NCBI GenBank assembly: GCA_947245315.1
Contig: CAMXNV010000001.1
Span: forward strand, 1 to 36,559
Length of the DNA stretch: 36,559 nt
Direction: 5' to 3'
DNA from: an uncultured Oscillibacter sp.
GTDB taxonomy: Bacteria > Bacillota > Clostridia > Oscillospirales > Oscillospiraceae
The position numbers and the translations under genes are program-made. Under the pieces are notes generated by a model. That model searched no databases, was not told the origin of the DNA, and worked only from the letters and a program-made list of their open reading frames with translations. Positions 1-7,928 of this stretch are shown one piece after another (the stretch's first letter is position 1; each line of letters opens with the position of its first letter).

Positions 1-2
1 TG

Positions 3-1388
3 CTGGTCCAGGCCCGGGAGCACCTGATTAAAAAGACCTTCGAGGCCATCCAGGGGGCCAAGAACGTCATTCTCCATTTCTATAACTCCACCTCCACCCT
101 CCAGCGGAAGGTGGTCTTTCACATGGACTGCGACGGCATCACCAAAATCGCCACCGACGCCGCTGATCTGATCTATGAGATGTCCCAGCCAATGATTGAA
201 TCCGGTATGAATCTCCGCTTTGAATACTCTCCGGAGTCGTTTATGGGCACCGAGATGGACTACGCCGTGGAAATTTGCCAGGCCGTCCTGGACCACCTCC
301 ACGCCACGCCGGAGAACAAGGTCATTTTGAACCTGCCCACCACGGTGGAGAACTGTATGCCCAACCAGTTCGCCGACATGCTGGAGTACTTCATCCGCAA
401 GCTCCCCTCCCGGGACTGCGCCGTCATCTCCCTCCACCCCCACAACGACCGGGGCTGCGGCGTGGCCACCACGGAGATGGGCCTGCTGGCGGGGGCCGAG
501 CGGGTGGAGGCCACCCTCTTCGGCAACGGCGAGCGCACGGGCAACGTGGACATGGTCACCCTGGCCATGAATATGTACACCCAGGGCGTGGACCCGGAGC
601 TGGACTTCTCCAATATCAATAAGATCAAGGAGATGTACGAGCGCTGCACCAAGATGCCCGTGGGCGACCGGCAGCCGTATGTGGGCAAGCTGGTCTTCAC
701 CGCCTTCTCCGGCAGCCACCAGGACGCCATCAACAAGGGCGTCCAGTATATGAAGTCCTCGGGCACCGAGTACTGGGAGATTCCCTATCTCCCCATCGAC
801 CCGGCGGACGTGGGCCGGGAGTACGAGCCCATCATCCGCATCAACTCCCAGTCCGGCAAGGGCGGCGCGGCCTACATCATGGAGCACGACTTCGGCTTCG
901 ACCTGCCCAAGTCCATGCAGCCGGAGTTCGGCCACATCATTCAGGTGGAGACGGACAAGGTGGGCAAGGAGGTGGCCCCGGAGCGGATCAACGAGCTCTT
1001 CCACCAGGAGTATATCGAGGCCAAGCAGCCCTACCAGCTCCTCAAGCACGCCTTCCAGGAGACCATCGACGACGAGGGCCACTCCCACGTGGCCTTCCAG
1101 GGGACCCTCCGGCACACGGACACGGTCTTCCAGGTCTCCGGCGAGGGCAACGGCCCCATCGACGCCTTCTTCAACGCCATCCAGGGGGAGAAGATCTCCC
1201 GGTTCTCCTTCCTAGACTACGCCTCCCATGCCATCACCGACGGCTCCGACTCCCAGGGCGTGGCCTATATCCTGCTCCAGGACCAGCGCACCGGGAAGCA
1301 GTATTGGGGCGTGGGCCTCAGCCACAACATCAACCTGGCGCCCCTCCGGGCCATCCTGGCCGCCATCAACCGGGCCAAGCGGGCCTAA
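3..1388 (+). CDS. leuA: 2-isopropylmalate synthase (5' end lies outside the window)
   Basis: Frame is open from base 3 (LVQAREHLIKKTFEAI...HFYNSTS). Motifs LNLPTTVE, SLHPHNDRG, LFGNGERTGNVD, FTAFSGSHQDAI, IRINSQSGKGG and C-terminal GNGPIDAF match the yeast/actinobacterial-type LeuA. Confidence 0.96.
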   Translation: MVQAREHLIKKTFEAIQGAKNVILHFYNSTSTLQRKVVFHMDCDGITKIATDAADLIYEMSQPMIESGMNLRFEYSPESFMGTEMDYAVEICQAVLDHLHATPENKVILNLPTTVENCMPNQFADMLEYFIRKLPSRDCAVISLHPHNDRGCGVATTEMGLLAGAERVEATLFGNGERTGNVDMVTLAMNMYTQGVDPELDFSNINKIKEMYERCTKMPVGDRQPYVGKLVFTAFSGSHQDAINKGVQYMKSSGTEYWEIPYLPIDPADVGREYEPIIRINSQSGKGGAAYIMEHDFGFDLPKSMQPEFGHIIQVETDKVGKEVAPERINELFHQEYIEAKQPYQLLKHAFQETIDDEGHSHVAFQGTLRHTDTVFQVSGEGNGPIDAFFNAIQGEKISRFSFLDYASHAITDGSDSQGVAYILLQDQRTGKQYWGVGLSHNINLAPLRAILAAINRAKRA

Positions 1389-1437
1389 GCTCTGAAAGGC
1401 AATCCTCTCACAATGCGGCCTCCCGGCAAAGCTGGGC

Positions 1438-1472
1438 AAGTTTACAGAACTTTAAAAAAGTTCTGTAAACTT
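1438..1472. promoter_or_regulatory. perfect 16-bp AT-rich inverted repeat (possible operator)
   Basis: AAGTTTACAGAACTTT-AAA-AAAGTTCTGTAAACTT, followed by a -10-like TATGAT at 1472-1477. Confidence 0.45.
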
Positions 1473-1565
1473 ATGATTTTAATGGTGCAGGAAACCCTTC
1501 CTGGGTTTCCCGCACACACCCTTCCTTCCCGTCGAACCAGTCTTCTGCGTTTTTGACAGCCTGCG

Positions 1566-1595
1566 GCCTCCCGGCTCTGCCGGGAGGCCCTTTTC
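1566..1595 (+). terminator. Rho-independent terminator
   Basis: GGCCTCCCGGC-TCT-GCCGGGAGGCC followed by CTTTT. Confidence 0.7.
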
Positions 1596-1632
1596 TCCTC
1601 TCCGCGCCGTCCTTCCGCCCGAAGGCACTCTT

Positions 1633-1791
1633 CTAGCCTCTCCGGTCCCGCTCCGGCTCCTCCCCCGGCCCCCGGTTCCTCGCACCCATGCCCGCCTCCA
1701 TACCGGCCATGAAAATCAAGACCTTCAGCACCTGCTCGTCCTGCATCTGGGTAATCTTCTCAATCACGGCCTGCCGATCCGTAAGCTCCAT
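1633..1791 (-). CDS. 52-aa small protein resembling the C-terminal helices of the adjacent XRE regulator (candidate antirepressor)
   Basis: Absent from the ORF track. Hand translation: MELTDRQAVIEKITQMQDEQVLKVLIFMAGMEAGMGARNRGPGEEPERDRRG. It has an AAGGAGG RBS 6 nt before the ATG and its own sigma-A-type promoter. Confidence 0.8.
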   Translation of the reverse strand: MELTDRQAVIEKITQMQDEQVLKVLIFMAGMEAGMGARNRGPGEEPERDRRG

Positions 1792-1824
1792 GGTAATCCT
1801 CCTTCCGGTTTCTTGAATGGTTAA

Positions 1825-1893
1825 AGCTTAACATAAATGGTTTACCTTGTCAACAACTTATTACTTGACTTATTTAAGTTTTCCTGCTATTCT
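1825..1893. promoter_or_regulatory. back-to-back sigma-A-type promoters for the small ORF (-) and the XRE gene (+)
   Basis: Minus strand: TTGACA (1853-1848), 17 nt, TAAGCT (1830-1825), with a TG extension. Plus strand: TTGACT (1865-1870), 17 nt, TATTCT (1888-1893), with a TG extension. Confidence 0.75.
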
Positions 1894-1916
1894 ACCAGTC
1901 ATAAGGGGGTGTGACC

Positions 1917-2330
1917 ATGAACCAATGTGACCGGATCAAGTCCATTCTTCAAGAGAACAAATTAAAGCAGAAGGAGCTGGCCGCCGGGCTGGGCGTGACG
2001 GAGAGCTATATTTCGGTTCTGCTGAAAAAGCCGGAGGTGCGCCTTTCCCGCTCCATCGCCGCGCTGATTGAGGAAAAGTACGGCTACAGCGCCGACTGGG
2101 TGCTGAGCGGCGCCGAGCCCAAGCTGAAGCGGGCCAGCCGGAACAGGTCCCTGTCGGAGCTCCACCAGAAGGCCCTGGCCCAGCTGGAAAAAATGAACGA
2201 CGACCAGGTCAAGGCCGTCCTCGCCTTTATCAACTCCCTGGGCGACATCGAAAAATCCCTGGCGGAGCACGGAGAGAACGCCGCAAAGGCAAGCCGTACC
2301 GCCTCGGGGGAGCCGCCGGAAAATCTGTGA
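1917..2330 (+). CDS. XRE-family helix-turn-helix transcriptional regulator
   Basis: N-terminal DRIKSILQENKLKQKELAAGLGVTESYISVL...YGYSADWVLSG is an HTH_3 pattern. Start is ATG 1917 (RBS AAGGGGGTG) or GTG 1911. Confidence 0.9.
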   Translation: MNQCDRIKSILQENKLKQKELAAGLGVTESYISVLLKKPEVRLSRSIAALIEEKYGYSADWVLSGAEPKLKRASRNRSLSELHQKALAQLEKMNDDQVKAVLAFINSLGDIEKSLAEHGENAAKASRTASGEPPENL

Positions 2331-2356
2331 GCCCGCGCTGAAAGGGGGAGCATGCA

Positions 2357-3112
2357 ATGCCGTTTTTTCAATACTGTGAGCACTCTATTTTTTACGAGGA
2401 ATACGGAGCGGGCGAGCCCCTGATCTTTCTCCACGGCAACACCGCCTCCTCCAAGCTCTTCCAGCCCCTCGTGCCTCTGTACGCCGGGCGGTTCCGATGC
2501 ATTCTCATCGACTTTCTGGGGAACGGAAGGTCCGGACGGGTGACGGCCTTCTCCCCCGGGCTGTGGCACGACGAGGCCCTGCAAGCCGCCGCGCTGGCGG
2601 AGCATTTGCAGTGCAGGGGAGCCGTTCTGATCGGGACCAGCGGCGGGGCCTGGGCGGCCCTCAACGCGGCCCTGGAGCGCCCGGAGCTGTTCCGCGCCGC
2701 CGTGGCGGACAGCTTCGACGGGCGCACGCTTGGCAGCCGGTTTTCTCAGAAGCTCCTGTCCGAGCGGGCCGCGGCGAAGGCGGACCCGCAGGCCAGGCAG
2801 TTTTACGAGTGGTGCCAGGGCCCGGACTGGGAGACTGTCGTCGATCTGGACACGGAGGCCCTGCTGAAGTGCGCGGAGGAACAGCGCCCCCTGTTCCACC
2901 GGCCCCTGGAGGAGCTGCGCCTCCCGGTGCTGCTCCTGGGGAGCCGGGGGGACCGCCTTTGCAGGGAGGACCTTCCGCAGGAATACGAAGAGATGGCGGC
3001 CTCCATGCCCCGGGCCTCCGTCCATATCTTCGAGCAGGGCGGACACCCGGCTATCTTGACAAATGCCGAACAGGCCGCGGAGGTCATCCGCGAGTTTATT
3101 CTGACGGCATGA
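2357..3112 (+). CDS. alpha/beta fold hydrolase
   Basis: Motifs PLIFLHG, IDFLGNGRS, nucleophile elbow GTSGG and catalytic GGHP. Confidence 0.92.
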   Translation: MPFFQYCEHSIFYEEYGAGEPLIFLHGNTASSKLFQPLVPLYAGRFRCILIDFLGNGRSGRVTAFSPGLWHDEALQAAALAEHLQCRGAVLIGTSGGAWAALNAALERPELFRAAVADSFDGRTLGSRFSQKLLSERAAAKADPQARQFYEWCQGPDWETVVDLDTEALLKCAEEQRPLFHRPLEELRLPVLLLGSRGDRLCREDLPQEYEEMAASMPRASVHIFEQGGHPAILTNAEQAAEVIREFILTA

Positions 3113-3199
3113 CGGCAAATGTGGAGGAGGGAAGCAAAAGAGGCCCCTTTGGAAAGGGGCTCTTTTTACTTTCCACCCAACGGAAATGACATAGCCGCC

Positions 3200-3362
3200 G
3201 GGAGTGTCCTATTAGCAGATTTATTGTGGGGGGCCCTGCCCCTTCCGTTTTTCGGTCGTGCCAGGCTCCCGGGGAAATGGCCTGGTCTGGGGACCAGGCC
3301 CCACAGGGTGTTCTATCGATAGAAGAAGTGTGGGGCCGGTCCCCAGACCGGCCATTCCCCGG
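3200..3362. repeat. REP/REPIN-like dispersed palindromic repeat (copy 1)
   Basis: GGCCTGGTCTGGGGACCAGGCCCCAC and GTGGGGCCGGTCCCCAGACCGGCC are inverted around the palindrome TTCTATCGATAGAA. 3200-3323 matches the reverse complement of about 14511-14640. Confidence 0.8.
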
Positions 3363-3475
3363 AACCATGGCGGTTTCAGAGGAACGGGCCCCTTGCATTT
3401 TCCCGGCGCACCTGCTACACTAGCTCTCAGGACGTTCAACGCGGAACGCTCAAAAAGGAAAAGGAGGAGCAAGCA

Positions 3476-3826
3476 ATGCAGAACACATTTGAATTGTTGC
3501 ACGTGGGGTTCAACTGCCCCAATCCCGAGGAGGCCTGGAAGCTGACGGAGCTCCTGGGCATGATGTTCAACCTCTCCACCCGGCAGGGCAACAAGTCGGA
3601 TTTCGCCGGGAGCTATTTTGAGAGCATGAAGGCCCCCTTCCTGGGGACCAACGGGCACATCGCCATGGGGACGGCGGACCTGGAGGCCGCCGTAGCGGAG
3701 CTGAAGGAAAAGGGCTTTTCCTTCAACCAGGACACCGCCGCCTACTCCGAGGACGGCAAGCTGAAAAACATCTACCTGGCCGGGGAGTTCGGCGGCTTCG
3801 CCATCCACATCATGCAGCGCAAGTAA
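3476..3826 (+). CDS. VOC/glyoxalase-like protein resembling the C-terminal extension of clostridial KDPG/KHG aldolases
   Basis: Motifs FELLHVGFNC, GTNGHIAMGT and IYLAGEFGGFAIHI; RBS AAGGAGG. Confidence 0.75.
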   Translation: MQNTFELLHVGFNCPNPEEAWKLTELLGMMFNLSTRQGNKSDFAGSYFESMKAPFLGTNGHIAMGTADLEAAVAELKEKGFSFNQDTAAYSEDGKLKNIYLAGEFGGFAIHIMQRK

Positions 3827-3870
3827 AAAGAGCGGCCCAAGCAGCCCAAGCGATACCAAAGGAGTTACCC

Positions 3871-4812
3871 ATGCGAGAAAACTTTCTGGCGGCCCTGGGG
3901 GCGGTTCTGCCCATGGCGCTGCTGATGGCCCTGGGGGCGGGGACCCGCAGGGCCGGGGTGGTGGACCGCCCCACCATGCGGAGCCTGGATAAGCTGACCT
4001 TCCGGCTGTTCATGCCCGTGCTGCTGTTTAAAAACATCTACGAGACGGACCTCTCCCAGAATTTTGACCCGCGGGAGATTCTCTTCGTCGTCCTGGCCCT
4101 GGCGGCGCTGCTCCCCCTGGCCCTGCTGCTGCCCCGCCGCCTGGAGCCGGACCCCGTGCGGGCCGCCACCATCGGCCATGCCATGATGCGGACCAACTAC
4201 CTCCTCTTCGGCGTCACCGTGGCGGAGTCCATCTACGGCGAGGGCCGCATCGGCTCCGTGGCCCTGGTGGGGGCGGTGGCCGTCCCCATCACCAACGCCC
4301 TGGGGGTGGTCATCCTGGAGTCGGGCCTCTCCGGCCGGACGAGCCCGGGGAAGCTGGCTCTGTCCATCCTGAAAAACCCCATGGTCCTGGCCACGCTGGC
4401 GGCCCTGGGGCTGATGGCCCTGCCCGTCCGCCTCCCCGCCCTGCTCTGGGGGGTGATCCGGGACCTGGCCGGGGTCACCACCACCCTCAGCTTCATCTCC
4501 CTGGGGGTCAGCCTGGACCTGGGAGAGGCCCGGGCCAACCGCCGCCGCCTGGCCGTGGGCACGGGACTGCGGACGGTGCTGGTGCCCCTGGTGTTCCTGC
4601 CCCTGGCGGTGGCCCTGGGCTTCCGGGGCCAGAGTTTGTGCGCCCTGATGGTCCTCTTCGCCGCGCCCACGGCGGTGGCCTCCTATCCCATGGCCGTGGC
4701 CATGGGGGCCGACGGGCCCCTGGCGGGCCAGCTGGTCTGCGCCACCACCGTGCTGTCCGTGTTCACCATGTTCTGCTGCACCTTCCTCTTCCAGAGCCTG
4801 GGCCTGCTCTGA
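3871..4812 (+). CDS. AEC-family (auxin efflux carrier / malate permease-like) transporter
   Basis: About 10 hydrophobic segments with LTFRLFMPVLLF, ILKNP and AAPTAVASYPMA...GADGPLAG. Confidence 0.92.
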   Translation: MRENFLAALGAVLPMALLMALGAGTRRAGVVDRPTMRSLDKLTFRLFMPVLLFKNIYETDLSQNFDPREILFVVLALAALLPLALLLPRRLEPDPVRAATIGHAMMRTNYLLFGVTVAESIYGEGRIGSVALVGAVAVPITNALGVVILESGLSGRTSPGKLALSILKNPMVLATLAALGLMALPVRLPALLWGVIRDLAGVTTTLSFISLGVSLDLGEARANRRRLAVGTGLRTVLVPLVFLPLAVALGFRGQSLCALMVLFAAPTAVASYPMAVAMGADGPLAGQLVCATTVLSVFTMFCCTFLFQSLGLL

Positions 4813-4838
4813 GGGGAGGAGGCCGAAATAGGATATCC

Positions 4839-4870
4839 GGAGGCCGGGGACCGCTGCGTCCCCGGCCTCC
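4839..4870 (+). terminator. hairpin after the AEC gene
   Basis: GGAGGCCGGGGA-N8-TCCCCGGCCTCC with a weak U tail. Confidence 0.55.
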
Positions 4871-4886
4871 GCTTGCATACCCGCCC

Positions 4887-4949
4887 TTCACATCTTGTTC
4901 ACATCTTGACTTTTGACCCCAAAGGTGTATAATCGTCCTATATTCGACA
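4887..4949 (+). promoter_or_regulatory. promoter of the MBOAT locus with a tandem response-regulator box and a downstream 0A-like box
   Basis: TTCACATCTTG occurs twice (4887-4908) and overlaps TTGACT (4906-4911), 16 nt, TATAAT (4928-4933). TTCGACA at 4943-4949. Confidence 0.7.
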
Positions 4950-4987
4950 CGTTTCGCGTCCCCGTCTTTTGAGGAGTTGGTATTCAC

Positions 4988-6373
4988 ATGGCCTTTCATT
5001 CCGCCCCCTTCCTGTTCTTCTTTTTCCCCGCGGCCTGGCTGCTCAGCCTGTTGGTGTCCGGCAGGGGACGGAGCTATGTTCTCATCGCCGTCAGTTTGGC
5101 CTTCTACGCCTGCGGCCAGTGGCAGGGGCTTCCCTGTCTGCTGCTGTCCGCCGTTGTGAGCTGGGCTGCCGGTTTTTTCATGCCCCGGGTCCGGCGGAGA
5201 AAGGCCCTGCTGGCGGCTTCCCTGACCTTCCACCTGCTGCTCCTGGGGACCTTTAAGTACCTGGACTTCTTCACCGGCGCCCTGAACCAGCTGCTGGGGA
5301 CGGAGCTCCCGGCGGCGGGGCTGCTGCTGCCGGTGGGCATTTCCTTTTTTACCTTCAAGTCCATGTCCTACCTGGTGGACGTCTACCGGGACGAGAACGC
5401 CGGGGCGCGCCGCTTTTCCGACGTGCTGCTCTACGTCTCCTTCTTCCCCCAGGTGACCTCGGGCCCCATCTCCCGCTTCGGCCAGTTCATCCGGGGGCTG
5501 GACAGTCCCCGGGTCACCGCCCAGGGGGCCGCCAGGGGCCTCCGGCGCTTCACCGTGGGCTTCGCCAAGAAGGCCCTGATCTCCGAGATGGCGGCCACGG
5601 TGGTCAACGCCGCCTTTACCCTGGGGGACGGCCTGGACGCCCGCATGGCCTGGCTGGGGGCCGTCGCCTACACCTTACAGATCTACTTCGACTTCTCCGG
5701 CTACAGCGACATGGCCATCGGCCTGGGGAGCCTCTTCGGCTTCGAGACTCCGGAGAACTTCGACTACCCTTACATCTCCGCCTCCATCACCGAGTTCTGG
5801 CGGCGCTGGCACCTCTCCCTCTCCCTCTGGTTCCGGGACTACCTGTACATCCCCCTGGGCGGGGGACGCCGGGGCCGGGGGCGGAAGTGCCTGAACAAGG
5901 CCCTGGTCTTCCTGCTCTGCGGCCTGTGGCACGGGGCCAGCTGGACCTTCGTCCTCTGGGGCGCGTGGCACGGCCTCCTCTCCGCCCTGGAGAGCGCCCT
6001 GCCCATGAAAAAGGAGACGCCCCTGGGCCGCTGCCTGGGGCACGTCTACACCCTGCTGGCCGTTTGCCTGGGCTTTGTGGTCTTCCGGGCCGCCACGGTG
6101 GAAGAGGCGTTCACGGTCCTCCGGGCCATGTTCACCGGCTTCACCCTGACCTCCGCCTCCACCCTGGCCCTGGCGCGGATCAGCCCCGCCGTCTGGTGCG
6201 CCCTAGCCGCGGGAATCGCGGGCAGCCTGCCCCTGGGCCCCTGGCTCAAGCGGCGGCTGGACGGGAAGTGGCTGGAGTTCTCCTCCTTCGCCGGGGCGGC
6301 GGCCCTGTTCGCCCTGTGCCTCCTGGCCGCGGCGGGCAGCAGCTTCCAGCCCTTCATCTACGCCCAGTTCTGA
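4988..6373 (+). CDS. MBOAT-family O-acyltransferase (AlgI/PatA-like)
   Basis: Motifs LPVGISFFTF, FFPQVTSGPI, LQIYFDFSGYSDMAIG, ENFDYPY, EFWRRWHLSL, RDYLYIPLG, GLWHGA and C-terminal FIYAQF. Confidence 0.96.
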   Translation: MAFHSAPFLFFFFPAAWLLSLLVSGRGRSYVLIAVSLAFYACGQWQGLPCLLLSAVVSWAAGFFMPRVRRRKALLAASLTFHLLLLGTFKYLDFFTGALNQLLGTELPAAGLLLPVGISFFTFKSMSYLVDVYRDENAGARRFSDVLLYVSFFPQVTSGPISRFGQFIRGLDSPRVTAQGAARGLRRFTVGFAKKALISEMAATVVNAAFTLGDGLDARMAWLGAVAYTLQIYFDFSGYSDMAIGLGSLFGFETPENFDYPYISASITEFWRRWHLSLSLWFRDYLYIPLGGGRRGRGRKCLNKALVFLLCGLWHGASWTFVLWGAWHGLLSALESALPMKKETPLGRCLGHVYTLLAVCLGFVVFRAATVEEAFTVLRAMFTGFTLTSASTLALARISPAVWCALAAGIAGSLPLGPWLKRRLDGKWLEFSSFAGAAALFALCLLAAAGSSFQPFIYAQF

Positions 6374-6514
6374 GAGACGAAAAATTTTTTAAAAATTTCT
6401 CCAAACCATAAAACCAAACGGCCTCCTCATGGTACTAATATAATGTAGAGAGTTTGGGGGTCCTTCCCCTCCCTTCTCTGCCATCCTATTGAGAAATCGT
6501 CGAGAGGCACTGTT

Positions 6515-7903
6515 ATGAAAAAGAATGCCGCCTACGCCGCCTTCACGGCCCTCATCCTGCTGCTGTGCCTGCTCCCCTCTCTGGGGATGCTGCTGCCCGC
6601 CCGGGAGGAAGAGGCCGGAGGCAACCAGGCCCTCTCCAGGGCCCCCTCCCTCCGGGACCCGGAGGGAAATTGGAACACCGGCTATCTCTCCCAGCTCCAG
6701 GACTACGCCGGAGACAACTTCTATCTCCGCCAGGACATGATTACCGCCTGGTCCGCCCTGAACGCCAAGCTCCTCCGGAGCTCCATCACCGAGGACGTGG
6801 TCCTGGGCGGGGACGGCTGGCTCTACTTCGCCGACACCCTGCCGGACTACGCGGGACTAGACCCCTTGACGGACCGGGATATCTTTTCCGCCGCCCGGAA
6901 CCTGGCCCTGATCCAGGAGTACTGTGAGGAGCAGGGGGCGGACTTCCTCTTCACCCTGGCCCCTAATAAGAACTCCCTCTATCCGGAGCACATGCCCGCT
7001 TTGCCGCAGGATGATTTGCGCTCCAACGCCGGACGGCTGGCGGAGGAGCTGGCGCGGCAGGGCGTGAACTACCTGGACTGCTTCGCCCTCTTCCAGGGGC
7101 AGGAGGAAACCCTATATTTCAAGACCGACTCCCACTGGAACGGCAAGGGCGCGGCCCTGGCCGCCGACGCGGTGAACGAGGCCCTGGGCCGGTCCTCCCG
7201 GTACTTTGAGGGCCCCTTCGCCCCGGAGGAGAGCCACAAGGGGGACCTCTACGACATGCTCTATCCCGCCGGGGAGGGCCTGGAGACCGATCAGGTCTAT
7301 CGCGGCGAATTGACCATAGAATACGACGTGCCCATCCGCTCGGCGGAGAACCTGACCATCATGACCCACGGCGGCGGGGAGGGCTCCCTGCTGATGTTCC
7401 GGGACTCCTTCGGGAACAACCTCTACCCCTACCTGGCGGACAGCTTCGACGCGGCCCTGTTCTCCCGGTCCATGCCCTACCGGCTGGACCTCGTGGCCCA
7501 GCGGGAGGCAGACTGTGTGGCGGCGGAGCTGGTGGAGCGGAACCTCCGGTATCTCATCCGGAACGTGCCCGTCATGCCCGCGCCGGTGCGGGAGCTGCCC
7601 GAGGGTTACCCCGAGACGTTTTATATCTGGCATGACAAGAACGACGGAATCGTTTTTTCCGTCCGGCCCTCCGACGATTTACCGGGTTACACCCTGGTCA
7701 CCGGCCCTCAGATTGCGGAAGATTTGATTCTTCCGGCGGTGACCCCGGACTCCCAGGTGCTGATTCCCGCGTCGGACGGAAATTATTATGAGGCGTTTTT
7801 GCTGGAGGACGGCGGCGCGGGCCTCTACCTCCCGGAGGGCGTGCGGCCCTTGGGCGTCGCCTACGCCCCGGTCTGGGGCGTCCCTTGGAATACGGAAGCT
7901 TGA
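6515..7903 (+). CDS. AlgX/AlgJ/DHHW-like SGNH O-acetyltransferase, membrane anchored
   Basis: N-terminal TM segment, GxDGWLY, APNK, catalytic-type TDSHWN and FRDSFG; follows the MBOAT gene. Confidence 0.85.
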   Translation: MKKNAAYAAFTALILLLCLLPSLGMLLPAREEEAGGNQALSRAPSLRDPEGNWNTGYLSQLQDYAGDNFYLRQDMITAWSALNAKLLRSSITEDVVLGGDGWLYFADTLPDYAGLDPLTDRDIFSAARNLALIQEYCEEQGADFLFTLAPNKNSLYPEHMPALPQDDLRSNAGRLAEELARQGVNYLDCFALFQGQEETLYFKTDSHWNGKGAALAADAVNEALGRSSRYFEGPFAPEESHKGDLYDMLYPAGEGLETDQVYRGELTIEYDVPIRSAENLTIMTHGGGEGSLLMFRDSFGNNLYPYLADSFDAALFSRSMPYRLDLVAQREADCVAAELVERNLRYLIRNVPVMPAPVRELPEGYPETFYIWHDKNDGIVFSVRPSDDLPGYTLVTGPQIAEDLILPAVTPDSQVLIPASDGNYYEAFLLEDGGAGLYLPEGVRPLGVAYAPVWGVPWNTEA

Positions 7904-7928
7904 ATCAGGTATAAAGGAGAGTACGAGC

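Noticed and set aside
1911-2330. XRE gene as a prophage or ICE repressor
   Set aside because: No integrase, att site or phage/conjugation genes nearby; the flanks are metabolic genes.
6374-6514. Internal ECF-type promoter between the MBOAT and SGNH genes (AAACC...GTACTAATATAAT)
   Set aside because: AT-rich and suggestive, but I cannot assign -35/-10 elements with confidence.
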